The translations under genes were made by a program, and so were the position numbers. From the NCBI GenBank assembly GCA_029953675.1, contig JAMWBK010000001.1:620001-684000 (forward strand): a stretch of DNA of 64,000 nucleotides, written 5' to 3'. The notes beneath the pieces are model-generated. The model was not told where the DNA came from. It worked only from the letters and a program-made list of their open reading frames with translations, and made no database searches. Below, piece after piece: positions 49,559 through 62,788 of the stretch (position 1 is its first letter; each line of letters opens with the position of its first letter). The DNA comes from Rhodosorus marinus CCMP1338 (Eukaryota; Plantae; Rhodophyta).

Positions 49559-50803
49559 TTAAGATTTTTGCATGGGTTTCGATAGAAACGGAATTTCGAG
49601 GTCGGCGACAAGAGCAATGTGGTCGCTAGGCCAAGGTCCGTGTGGAAAGCCCTTAACTCCGTTTTTCTCCAGCTCCTTTGCGCTGGGAAGCTTTAGGAAA
49701 CTGGAGGCTCGAACCCCGCCCTTGACGAAAATATAATCAAGCACATCAACAAAAGGCTCGGTGTAGTTGGTCATGTCTCCCTCCTCGTACTGGTACATGT
49801 TTTGCAGTTTCATGCCGCCTTTCGAAATCATCTCCAAAACTTCCGAGGACATGTCGTGCAGGTCTGGGTCGTTGGAAGGTACTGAACCACCTTTTAAGAA
49901 AGACACAACCGTGCTATCAGGAACGCTGTTGAAATCTCCTCCTATCCGAGCGAGCAAGAAAGGCTAAGGTAGTGCCGAGGTGGACGAGCCGGGTTTGCTG
50001 ATGTTCCATACCTAGTATCAAAGGGTAATCGTACTCTGACATAACTTCGCGAATCTGTTCCACCATATGGAAAGCTTGGAGCAGCTTCACGTCCGCGTGG
50101 ACGGGATTCCAGAATAAGTGACATGTGGCTAGTATGATTCCGACATCTGACGGGTGCTTCTTGGATTGTAGTACTGTAATGGCCCCGACGCTGTCGCGGA
50201 GCAAGTGCTTTGGGTTGCTCTTCTTCTGTGCATAATCTACTCCGTACGGCTGCTCTGCGATCGCGTTGAAGTGAACTGGAGTTTCACTCACAACCTTGAA
50301 ATCCTCGCTTTTCCAGAATATTCCCACTCCATCTTCCTTATGTACATCGATCTGCAAAGTCAAAGGCTGCCGGTGAGAAACTCCATGGAATCCCAGCTTT
50401 GCGGGAATCTTATGTGAGCCTTCTCATTTACCGATTTTCGTTGAACATAAGTATGTCCGTCGTATCCAAGCCTTCTCAACGCTCCTCGATGGTACTCCGA
50501 AAAGTTGTCCAGTTCTTGCAGGAGTAGGAAATCTGCGTTGTATTCTTCGATCTCCTTCGTAATTTTGCCCTTGCGTCGCTTCCACCTGATGTCCCCTCGA
50601 TCGCTCCAGTGGAAGATAGACGATCGGCAATAACACTGTGCGAGAATGTTATAAGAAACCACGCGCACTCTCTCAAACTCGGACTCTTTTGGCTGACCAT
50701 CAACAGTGTGGATGACTGGACGCGTGTAGGGGGTTATGGACGGCTTCCCGACAGCCGAACGATTTCCAACGGTCATCGTCGTAGTATACGAGAGCGTGTT
50801 CAT
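49559..50803 (-). CDS. CCR4/nocturnin/angel-like endonuclease-exonuclease-phosphatase (at least 3 exons; start uncertain)
   Basis: VVSYNILAQ, FLLLQELD, DGVGIFW, ATCHLFWNP...VKLLQ, LG|GDFNSVPDS, YTEPFVDVLDYIF, PSDHIAL. Additional upstream exons (to about 51020) are possible. Confidence 0.9.
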
Positions 50804-51539
50804 CTCTCCATCCGGGTTCAAAACCCTCAGCAAGAAGAAAACACAGGCTTCGTAGCTTCACACTTTTTGGAACACCTCGCCGCTCCGGAAGAAAGCAGCC
50901 TTGCCGTTTCGCGATCGAATATTTCCTCACTAGGTCAGACAGATTCCAATTAGCTCTTTCAGATCATCACCACGCACATCGCGGTGGGTACTCGCTGATC
51001 TCCACGACGAGCGTTCAAGGGTTGAGCGATTTCGTCCATGGAACCATTGACGACGTTAAAATGAACTCCATCTCTCAGGAATTACATGAATGCGAGCACT
51101 GAAAGTGATCGGCCTGAAGGTTGCAGCTACATCCTGGTATGTGGCTGCGTTGGAACTCAGAAGACAGGCGAGTATGCCCTTAGTCTTTCCCTTTCAAAAG
51201 CTTTGCGTGGATGTGGACAAGGCGTTTCTGAACAAGCAGAGAGTAGGCAGCTCGATCAGGGCGCAAGATGTCCCCGTCAGAATGTATGTCGCCTCACGTC
51301 GGCATAGTTTTCCTTTGTAGCTGAGGGGATCGTGAGAAGCGTGAGAAGGGTGGGCATGGCCGGGAAGGTCTGTCCTTTCTGGAGTGTTGATGGTATCGAG
51401 CACAGGTTCACAAGGCATTCTTCTGAAAGTTTTTTTTTTCTTGTTTAGTCTTATGCAGTGGTAAAGTGGTACATGTTAGGATTGCCTATCGGAAGTCTTC
51501 CAAAGGAGGTGTAGTCAAGTCTCGAGCGCCGCGTTGATT

Positions 51540-52406
51540 CTATAAAACACCCTGAAAGTCCTTTCCATAGTATCCCTGTCGGGATGGGTAGATTACACCT
51601 AGGCCCAGTGCAGCGAGCCCAGTACTCCACAGAGCTGCTGCTTTCAGTCCTGGTGGCGTTCTGATCTTCGTAGATTTGAAGAGGAGTCCCGTGGCAGCGC
51701 CGGCAATGGCGTAGTTCGCCGGGCTTTCGTCTTGAGTGATGAAGTGGTACGAGAAAGACTCAAACGAGGACAGCATCAGAGCAATCACTCCCGCAGTGTT
51801 CGCGATCAGCAGTCCTCGTTTTCCGACAGAATTAAGCAGGGAATTTATCCTAAGCTTCATCGATTTGCCAGATGACTGCTTCAGTCCTTCAACAACACCC
51901 TGTAATCCACCAAACGCTCCACCTAGAACCCATGAAGTACCAGCCCAGTACATCATTTGTTGACCCCATGTCTTCTTTCTATAGTCCTGAGTACGGAGAG
52001 CAGGAAGACCGCGTCAATCTTGTGGTCTGGAGAGCTTCATTATGAAACCTACAAGCGTACTCTCAAGTTATCACGATTCAAGACATCAACCTACCAAAAA
52101 CTCATCCGCAAAGAGGTAATCGACGTTTTTCTCCCTTCCGCCATAAACGCCCAGAGCGGGCGCGACCGTGCCGGGAGCAATGAAGTCCAAATTTCCAAAC
52201 TTGAGCGTCGGAACATCATCGCCCTCGCGCGACGCGTCCTCAGTATCAAGCAGAAAGTCCGGGATCGTCCCCCTCGCCCCCTCCCCACCTTCCTGGGAAA
52301 ACAGCTTATCGAAATCGAAACTCGCCGAGGAAAATTCTCCCCCAGAGCTCACATCCTCCTCACCCCGTCCACCACCGGTTCCATCATCCCCCGTGAAAAA
52401 CGACAT
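51540..52406 (-). CDS. TIM23: Mitochondrial inner-membrane translocase Tim23 (Tim17/22/23 family; 2 exons)
   Basis: Acidic unstructured N-terminus, VDYLFADE|KKTWGQQMMYWAGTSWVLGGAFGGLQG...KLRINSLLNSVGKRG...ANTAGVIALM...IAGAATGLLFKST. Confidence 0.85.
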
Positions 52407-54147
52407 CACGCTTCTACCTTTCAACAAAACCACGGAACAAAGATTTCTATCTCCTTCGACAACGCACCTAAACTATCACCAACCCCTTCCCTTACGTGAC
52501 CAAGCTGGTCGTCATACCCCCAAACCCAAATAAAAAATGTAATGAGGATGAGAACCCCGTTGCCCGTCCCGTCGTCAGCACACGTTTTTTCCCCCGATGA
52601 CGAAGAGCACCACCACAATCCCGACGTGGAAGATGAAGCAAAAGCAAGAAAAGCTCAACAAGAAACGATCTGGTGAAGAGCCATTCATGGCGTCTTGTTA
52701 CGGTCCGGTATCCGGCCTGTCTGCTCTTCTTTTTTTATACCGTTTGGGGACGTCATCGAGCGACGCTTTCTCCGTTGGGATATCCAGCCTCTAGCAGGAA
52801 ACATAGTGACATCTAGATGGCGTAGGAACTGTCCCGTTTCTTCTTCGCTTTAGATTCGGTGTTCGCTGCGAAGACGTAGTCTCGTCTATAACTATGAACT
52901 AATGAACAGATTAACCTTGATTTCACCTGGATGATGAAGTGAGGGCCAAGCTATGAGAAGATCATCTGTCCATGCCAAAGCTGTTCTTCCTCTACAGTCT
53001 TTGGACAGGCTAAGTCCGTCCATTCCTACTCTGAAATTCGCGACCAGTTTGCAAACGAAGAAGATGAAATGAAGGAGAGAACGCTATAAACCCAACGGCG
53101 GCCCGAGACGAGAAAGAATTCTATCAACAGGCGTCGGGTCACCTTGACTACTCATTTGCTTTATGAAGAAGACTTCTGACCACTGTCACTAACGTGTGGA
53201 ATGCAAAAATTGGATTGTCCATCGAGAACTACCGCCCGAGCGGATTGGACAGGGTGCAGATTTGCAACAATTTTTAAATTCATCTTTTTCTTTGTGATTT
53301 GAGGACTTCTCGCCGCTCAAAGCTTCTTCAGAGACAAGGAAGTTTTGCACGAGAAAGCTCCACGACGGCTGCTGAAGAAGTGTCCAAAGGGCTGGATGGT
53401 CGTGTTATAAGCAGTGATTCCGCGAACGGCTTCAGATCAGTTTGGGTAACCTCTTTATTGCCATTTACTGGCGTAATTGTGTACTCTGTAGGATAGTAAC
53501 CAGGTTGGGTAGATTGGGCGTCTTCCTTGACGAATGAACTAATTAGATCTTCCGGAGGCGCCCGGGATATGTCATATATTCGAAAGCTTGTGAACTTTTC
53601 TTACGAATGCGTGATACTAGTTCGACCCTCATCGTCATAGGAGCCCACGCCACGAAACATGAGACGGACGCTCACATCGCTCCAGAATGAACGCGCACAA
53701 TAGCCGACACTAAAACCAAATCTGCTTGTTCAGAGACTAAAGAAAGAAACAACAGTGTGGAAAAACAGATGACCTAAGGAGTAAATCACGTGCCTCAATA
53801 ACTACTGACAGCAGTTGCTGACCGCAAAACCCATAACTAGGGCTTAGCAGAGGAGAGTCTAGGTGCACTTGCGGGGGAGGAGAGCGGATCTGTGTTGTCA
53901 CTAGGTCACTTCACGAAGGGTCTCTCAATTCGTTTCACATAATCCCAAAGAGGACACTTATCCTTGTCATTGGCAAGTATTCAGAGTCCGCGGATTTCTC
54001 AGGTGAGGTTGTGGTAAAGGTCGGGGGTACTCTTTGCTCATGAGCAGAATCCCGCGTTTAGCACCAATGGATGAGGAAAGCAGTTGCCCGCATTCGCAGA
54101 GCGGGGAGGAAAGGTTGAAGCAGCAAGAGGAAATGCACGTACGGCAT

Positions 54148-54363
54148 ACGGCGGCAGAACCAGGCAACGACTCCCAGAAACGAAAACAGCAATGGCCCCT
54201 CGCCTATTTCAGTTCCAAAGCGCTCAAGTGAAGGGCGAACCGTCTAGGATTCCTTAACGAAGATCCGAGAGGCCAGCTCCGACTGGAGAAACGAGATGTA
54301 GAAAAGGAAAACTTCAGAAAAGTGTCAGAACTGGACGCTGAGGAGCAGAGGGAAGCCATAAAA
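54148..54363 (+). pseudogene. Frameshifted paralog of the HMG-box-like gene at 56123-57193
   Basis: Colinear with 56621-56845: TAAEPGNDSQKRK vs TAAEPDNKSQKRN; RLFQFQSAQVKGE vs RQFQFGTAKLMGE; KIREASSDWRN vs KIREIGVDWRN; EKENFRKVSELDAEEQREAIK vs EKEKFKQVAEMGPEEQRKALK. Three frameshifts are needed. Confidence 0.85.
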
Positions 54364-56122
54364 AAGCCAAAAAAAAGCTTACCTCTGGCCGAAGCGCAAT
54401 GTCGCCAAGCAGAAGTGGACGGTCATCCAGAGAGTAGTACACCCGTTGAGTCAGGAGGAAAGGGTACTAAGACTGGAGTAGGCTCACTGTGACGCTTACT
54501 ATTATCTTCCTAAAGAGGATCATCTGAAAGTTAATGGACTTGGGCGAGAAATCCACTCTATTCCCCACGAACTCGTGGGATCGCAAATGGCATCCTTTAG
54601 CCAACAAGAAATACAGGGCAACCTGGCCCTTTTCTCAAATAATCATAAGTGCAGAATGGAACCCTATCTCAATCCTCCAAAAACGGAGTTTCCACCGCAG
54701 ATATATTACTCCATTCACAGAGCGGTTGTGTTTAAAGGGGCGATTTCCCTTTCCATGCAAAACAATTCCATCAATCAACACAAGGAAAAAAAGGGAAAAA
54801 TCCTAAACGCCCGAGGCCATAGTTGAGAAATATGCGATTTTGATGAAGAAAAGACCCATTTGAGTATTTATCCTATCAGATCCGACAAAGGAGTTTCCTG
54901 TAGTGTAATTGGATATTTACAAAACTCACGAGACTGTTGATTGGAGAATTCACAGACCAATTAAAATACTGTTGATGGTGCATGATAGTTCATTTTTTTC
55001 CATAGATTTTCTACAGGAACGAGGCTGGCAAGCGCGGCCTTTTTTTTAAAATCTCACGAAACCATCACTCGCTTAGTGGGTAATTGGGGGGGCGGATACA
55101 GCATAAAAAGTACAATAGTTCATGATCTTTTACTTATATCGCAGTTTGGAGGAAAAATTAAAGGAACCCCTTAAAAAATGGCGCGCAGAACGGTACTACC
55201 CGCAGTGTAAAAACCAGTGATTATCTTACATGAGAATTTTAGGGAAATTGGTTGAGGGGTATGCTGAAAATTAAGAATGATGGATTCCGTCTAAACTGTT
55301 CGTTTTAATGTCGAATGCTGATCAATAAGAACCGAGCGACCCGGGGGCAATTTGTACACGTACTAATCCGACCCGTTTTAATGGAAAACTCACTAGGGGG
55401 TTAAAGAAACCGAACAAAGCAAAATTCAAAACAAAACTTAAGGGAGCAAAAAAAGGAGGAAAACAAGAAGATGGCAACCCGAGGCTCCGGTTGTTATTAA
55501 AATGACACCGTTTTCAAAGAAGCCAACTCTCAAGTCACGTCTTCAAATCATAGCCCCCTTTGTGTTGTGGACAACAGAAGCGTGGAGTTGACTAATTATT
55601 TCATATAAACAAAGTATTAGAATGTGAGGAACTAGCTCATGCGGGGTGAGTTTTTGTCTATGAACTGACGTTCGAAAAACACAGTCGTTTCTGATGAGGG
55701 ATCTAAAATAATCTTCCGATTTCCTTCTAAAAAGGGCCTTCTGCGTTGGTTTTAGTTCTGTTTCCTTGTGCGTTCGTTTAGGATTCGCCTTTTTGTGAGC
55801 AAAAACGAGTTGAACGAGATGTGTTTATATGGTGATTTCATATTTTTCTGAATAGAGAAGTTGAAGTGTTAGGAGGGGAAGCTGTTGGGGAGGGTTTTTT
55901 GCTCTGCGCAAAGCGTTGTTTTTTTTTGCCTGTTGTGGGTGTGGTTTTCCAATTTGCAGAGAGGGACTGTGGAGGGTGTGTTTGGTTCGGCAGAAAATTG
56001 TATCTGGTTTTGAAACGTGGGTTTCGGATATCCCAGGGGAGGTTTAGAAAGGGTGGAGTGGGTAGGGAGGGGTCGGCGGTAGGGTTTGCGCAAGGCGAGC
56101 GTTTTTGGGTAGTTCAGCAACA

Positions 56123-57193
56123 ATGGATATTGAAAGCAGGAAGGTTTTGAGGATGGTGGTGTCGGAATTTTCCGCTGCAGCTCATAACTTGACCGCTTCT
56201 GCTCAGAGATTGAGCAGCGCGATTGGTATGATTGAGGAAGGTGGTAATATGCAGATACCGATGATTGCTCCAGTGAATTACCATGCTCAGCACCAACAGC
56301 CTCAGGTGATATCTTCTGTAGCACCGCCAATACAGAATCAGGTACAGCCTCAGCCTCAAGTACAGCCTCAGCCAAGGGCTGTCGCCTCGAAGCCTGGGAG
56401 GAAAGCACCGCAGAGAGTTCCGAAGAAGGAAACCGTTAAAGCCCCAGGAAAGGGTCAGACCACCAAGGTCTCACCAACTGCGAAGGCCATCAAAGCGGAT
56501 GCTCCTGCACTACCAGCCGCCGCGAAGCAACCGGAACCTGCCAAGGCCGAACAGAAGATCTCCCCGACGACTGCGCCAACGGATAAGGGTGGCAAGATTG
56601 GAGCAAAAGGAAAGGCAGACACGGCTGCGGAACCAGACAACAAATCCCAGAAGCGGAATGCATCCTCATTCGACGCGTATCGCCAATTTCAGTTTGGAAC
56701 TGCTAAACTGATGGGCGAATCGTTTAAGCTCGTTGACAAGATTCGTGAGATCGGCGTCGACTGGAGAAACCTTGGAGATGAAGAAAAGGAAAAGTTCAAG
56801 CAAGTGGCGGAGATGGGCCCTGAGGAGCAGAGAAAAGCCTTGAAGGTGCTGGTCGAAGCGCGTGTCGCTGAGCTCGAAACAGAAGGGGCTGGCAAATCAA
56901 AGGGCGCGGCCAAGGTTCCCCCAGAGAATGGTACACCTGCAAAGTCGGCAGCAAAGGATGCTAAAACCGCAGCAGGCAAGGGCAAGCAGAGCGAGACAGA
57001 AATTACGAAGGACACCACCAAGGACGCGGCTGTGAAGGATACTGCGGAAGCTACTCCGGAGGGTACAGACAGGAAGAGAGGTAGAAAACGCCGGGAAATG
57101 ACGAGACGATCCACCACGGCAGCGGCAGCGCCAGTCGAAGAACCCGACACTAAGGGAAAGAAGGACAAGAGAAGAAAGAAGAAGGAGAAATAG
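56123..57193 (+). CDS. Lys/Ala/Pro-rich protein with a divergent HMG-box-like domain
   Basis: 356-aa single ORF. SFDAYRQFQ...KIREIGVDWRNLGDEEKEKFKQVAE resembles HMG-box helices (ayxxF...lgxxWkxlsxeeKxxy); basic NLS-like C-terminus KGKKDKRRKKKEK. Confidence 0.75.
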   Translation: MDIESRKVLRMVVSEFSAAAHNLTASAQRLSSAIGMIEEGGNMQIPMIAPVNYHAQHQQPQVISSVAPPIQNQVQPQPQVQPQPRAVASKPGRKAPQRVPKKETVKAPGKGQTTKVSPTAKAIKADAPALPAAAKQPEPAKAEQKISPTTAPTDKGGKIGAKGKADTAAEPDNKSQKRNASSFDAYRQFQFGTAKLMGESFKLVDKIREIGVDWRNLGDEEKEKFKQVAEMGPEEQRKALKVLVEARVAELETEGAGKSKGAAKVPPENGTPAKSAAKDAKTAAGKGKQSETEITKDTTKDAAVKDTAEATPEGTDRKRGRKRREMTRRSTTAAAAPVEEPDTKGKKDKRRKKKEK

Positions 57194-57201
57194 ACTTCTG
57201 C

Positions 57202-57960
57202 CTACAGGCGTGGCAGGCTTATCTGATGAAAGTAGCATCCTTCAATTGACCTTACCAAATTGTTTTTGATCTTGGACATATTTAAATCAATTACAACACA
57301 GATATTTCTCAACAAATCTGCGCGTACCATCGTAATATCAATCTCCGCGTACAATTGAAAAAGTAGATCAGCTGGATCAAGTTGCGTACTCGAGAGGTCA
57401 TTCTCAGCTACCGTGACCTCGATTGCAAACGAAAGGCCTTGGGGCAGCTCAATAAAGATAATTTACGTATCAACGGTTCAAACCTCAACCAGCGGAAAAG
57501 GATCCCACATAATTCCTGACAGTTGTACACAGTAGTTTTACAAGGAAAATTTACCATCGCAGACGCTTCTGCATCGTCTTCTGCCTTCACATCAGCAGCC
57601 TCCGACTCCCTCAAATCTAGGGATTAATCCAGACATCTTTGAAATCAATCAAAGCCCGAGCAGTTCGGTTGACACTGCTCGTGCTCCGAACGCTTCCCGA
57701 GTCTCTCCTTGCTTCGCGCCAATCGGTGCCTCTTCCTACCTCCACAGAGGTTACGGCCTCAGCCGGCGATTTCGGCGAGGAAGGTGCTGAAGAAATTTCA
57801 AAGCCATCCCCCCAATCTGCGACCACGGCCTTTCTTCCTCGTCCAATCCAAAAACAAAAAAAAAGACAAAAAGAAGGGTCAGGAGAAACCAACCCGCCCA
57901 AAAAAAAAATCCCGTTTCCCGCTCGGGTGGCCCGTTGGGAAAGTTTGTCCAAAAAAAACA
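57202..57960 (-). CDS. Possible small multi-exon gene, unknown product
   Basis: Candidate exons DLRESEAADVKAEDDAEASAM|ELCGILFRWLRFEPLI|PENDLSSTQLDPADLLFQLYAEID... are joined by GTAAAT...AG introns, and a promoter-type C/A skew lies at 57800-58200. The start and first exon could not be resolved. Confidence 0.3.
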
Positions 57961-60314
57961 CAAAAAACCAAAGAAACTTTCAAAATGTACAACTCACCTC
58001 TCAACTCCCTTCTGATCCATCCCCAAGTTCCAAACCTTAAACGTACAAGCGCCGAACAATCAACCCAATCCGTCAAAGCTATCCACCTTCCCTCCCTCCC
58101 TCCCTCCCCTCCATCCCCCACTTCGCCCCCAAAACCAAATCAACCCAAAATCGAAAGCCCATATTGCAGCAAACAATTTTTTTAGACCTATCCATCTAGA
58201 AAAACGCATAAAACAATAGATTCAACTCCTCAAACAATAGAATATCCTTTCTTTTCTAATGGCCAAGCTTAAACGGCCGTTGTTCCATTTTTCCCATGAT
58301 CCTGCAATACCTCTTTCAGAGCTCATTTTTATCCATTTCATACACTCTGTCACTGCCTCCCCCCCCCCCTTCCTCGATCTTATAAAATATCTCATGACTA
58401 TTTTAGTTAAGGGGTAGAGTTTCATGAACAATAGTATTTAGAATATTTTAGAAACATTTATGAAAACTTAAAGAAAGGTGAGAAAATTTGGATCAGGAGG
58501 GTGGATAAGTTTGTTGATTTAGAAATTTTTTTTTGGGGGGGGGGCTCTCGCTTTTTTTTGGTGTTTTTTTTTTACACGGCTAAGGATAAGGAGATTGTGG
58601 ATTTTATTGGCGAAGGATTTCGTTTCTTCGGGTATTGAGAATGAAGATGGGAATTTTGCATCGTTGAGGAAGTTTCTAATTTACTATTAATATATCAGGG
58701 GATTGCGTGCGTAATTGTGGCGGGTGGATGAGGGGAAGAGATGAGTCAGACCTTCATATGGGATTGGCTTTCGTGCGACTGTTATCGCGACTGCCATGAG
58801 GCTCGCTTGTTTTCTCTCTCTTGGTTGAGTTTTAATCCTTATCCATCGGTGGAAGGGGAAGCACCTTCGGCTACGCTTGCGGGTTGGAAGATGAGGATGT
58901 GGGCTTGTCCCTTCACCGTCCTCAAGTATTCCTAAGCCGGTTCAGGGAAGGGTTTCATTGTGGCAAAACGTAGCGCCTGTTGCGACTATGCAAGCGCGTT
59001 CGAAGAGGTACTCTTATAGGTTCGGGCGGTTTCCGTCGCCGCCTTGGCTCTATTGTATTGACTTCCTTCCACTCAGCGGTGTAGTTTCTCAGCTGTTATT
59101 GTTCGGAGGAGTGGGTTAGAGCTCTCGATGAGAGTCTAATGAAACTTGCTGTCCTAGAAAATCCCGTGATTGGACAGTTATGACTCGTCTTATTCATGAA
59201 CATTGGAGGCGGGCGTAAAAGTTCTATTGGCATCGTGATGGTATTGGTTCTTGCTTTTGACGTCGATAGTGGCTACTGTAGAGGATGGTTGCTCTGAGAG
59301 GACGACGATCCGTGCTCAGTGGTCCGGACTGTTGGTTTAGGAGTTTCTCATCCTGGTGACCTACCTTCCAGCTGGACAAAGAAACCTTGACAAGACCTTT
59401 ACAAATGAAATTCTCTTTTGATGGCCCTCAGATGCTCGACTGCAGAGAGGTAGTGCCGTGCGTTGATAAGGAGCTCAAGCCGGCTATTGTGGGAAAACGA
59501 GACTGTCGCTTACTTCTATCTCTCGAACTACTGGTCAGCATGGATATGGGATGCAACGCCTTGCTATGCTTTTGGGCGAGCATGCACTGGAGGGTCACAC
59601 CTGCTGAGCCTTGACGCATGGACTGACGGTTTACTCTCTTAGAAGCCCCGCCCCCCCCCTTCGACAGAGCCGCAATCGTCGCATTCAAAGGATCGTACGA
59701 TCGTCCTGAAATCTACCAATAGAGCAAAGATCCAACAACAATCAGCAGCTACCCGATCCCTCAAATACGACAGGCTTTCATCGGTTCTACAGTCCGCACA
59801 TTCCCACCCCATCTCCACTGGCGCTGGCAAACCGGCAAAACCCTGATCCACGCTCCGCGAAACAAAATCGACAGATGTAAGAATATAACTCGACAAACTC
59901 GAGAAAGACGCGTGGGAATACTTAATTCGCTATACGTACTCTTATGACGCGTGTCAATACATGAATGGAATTCCAAATGAAGGTAAACGGGCACCGACGG
60001 CGTCGATATGAAAATTGCTGATTTTCTCGTCAAAAAGAGGTATTTGCCTGGGGACGTGGGGCAGGTGCCCGAGGTGTGGAATTTCGATGGGCAGCTTGGA
60101 TTTTGAAGGTGTTTTGAAGGGTTTTGTAGATTTTCTTTGGATTTTGATGCATTATAGACAGTTCTGAAGGAGAGAGAGGAGGGCAGGTGGGGCGATTGTA
60201 TTGTGGGGTGGGTTGGTTTGGGTTAGGGAAGCGGGTTGGGGGAGGTAGATTTGGTGCATTGAACCATTCATTTGGTAGATTTGGAAGTAGTTTCCTTTTT
60301 CCTGGTTTGAAAGG

Positions 60315-61335
60315 ATGGGTCGCGTTATTCGCGGTAAGTAGTTTTGGTGGAAGGATCGAAAGAAGCTCTTCGGTGTTTGCGTTTTTAGAGTTTGTTGTTG
60401 GTTTTTGGTTTAGAGGAGTGGGTGTGTGGGTAAGTGCTGAGCTTTTGGTTTTATTGTTTCCTTGTTTGATGGATTTTAGGACAGAGAAAGGGTGCAGGAG
60501 GCATCTTCAAGTCGCATACGTCCAAGCGCAAGGGTGCTGCTCGTATGCGTGCTTTGGATTATGCTGAGCGAAACGGATACATCAGAGGGACTGTGAAGGA
60601 CATTATCCACGATCCAGGACGAGGTGCTCCGCTTGCGAAGGTTGACTTCCGTGATCCTTACAAGTACAGGAAGCAAAAGGAGTTGATCGTGGCCGCAGAG
60701 GGAATGTATACTGGCCAGTTCATTTATGCCGGAAAGAAGGGTAAGTTTTGTATCAGAGTTTTTGCGTACAATTGCCAGTATGCTTATGGAACGCGGTCAT
60801 TATTTTGTTCCCCGAATTCACAGCCCAGCTTGCTGTTGGAAACATTGCGCCCTTGAAGTCCATGCCTGAGGGAACGGTTATCTGCAACGTCGAGGCGAAG
60901 CTTGGTGACCGTGGAAAGCTCGCTCGTGCGTCAGGAGACTTTGTCACGATTGTCAACCACATTGACAACAACAAGACTAGGATTCGATTGCCGTCTGGTG
61001 CCCGTAAGCTTGTGCCTTCTTCGTGCAGAGCTATGGTCGGAATTGTTGCTGGAGGGTCAAGAACTGAGAAGCCACTGCTCAAGGCCGGGCGTGCATACCA
61101 TAAATTCCGTGTGAAGAGGAATTGCTGGCCTCGTGTCCGTGGTGTGGCTATGAACCCGGTAGAGCATCCTCACGGAGGAGGAAACCACCAGCATATTGGA
61201 CATCCGTCTACGGTTCGCAGAGATGCGCCTGCTGGACAGAAGGCTGGTCTTATTGCTGCCCGCCGAACTGGTAGGCTGCGTGGTGGTAAGGCCACTGCCG
61301 CGGCCGCCGCCAAGGCTGCATCATCTGGAGCGTAA
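60315..61335 (+). CDS. RPL8: 60S ribosomal protein L8 (uL2) (3 exons: 60315-60333, 60480-60740, 60824-61335)
   Basis: MGRVIRG|[12 protein letters not shown]...[13 protein letters not shown]...[14 protein letters not shown]|AQLAVGN...[25 protein letters not shown]. Confidence 0.99.
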
Positions 61336-61744
61336 GGAGAGAAACGTGTTTTTGGCTTTACAGCAACTTCTTATTGTAAAGAATTCGTTCGACTTATTGG
61401 GAGACGAATCACTGTCGGAGGACTTGATTTCCAACTTTCTTTCTTTCAAAGAACGAAAGATCCATTGTGGGAGTACGCACAGTAGCATATTCACGTAGTC
61501 TTTCCCAATAAGTTCGATTGGGAGACCTAGTCCAAGGCATCTGCTCGTGCTAAAGCGTGAAATCGAGCAGAACGGCTGCGTGTTCCCCGTACAACTGTGC
61601 GAAGGGAATCCGAAATTCGGCTCACGCTATGGAGCGTCCTGAATATTGGTCGTGTCCGGCGCCATTCCGGAAAGAAACTTTCTTGCCGGGTAGCATGAAT
61701 CGTAGGGGAAACGGTTCAGGTTTTGCTGTTTTCGCATAGCCTCA

Positions 61745-62788
<1,044 letters not shown>

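Noticed and set aside
51090-51320. 76-aa ORF between the EEP gene and TIM23
   Set aside because: No recognisable family; lies in the probable 5' region of the EEP gene.
54180-54231. WPLAYFS resembling Gypsy RNase H (PIAYFS)
   Set aside because: Explained as an off-frame reading of the HMG-like pseudogene.
59639-59896. Two CxxC pairs (WECADC, FECDDC) suggesting a zinc ribbon
   Set aside because: Short ORF, atypical spacing and no consistent splice model.
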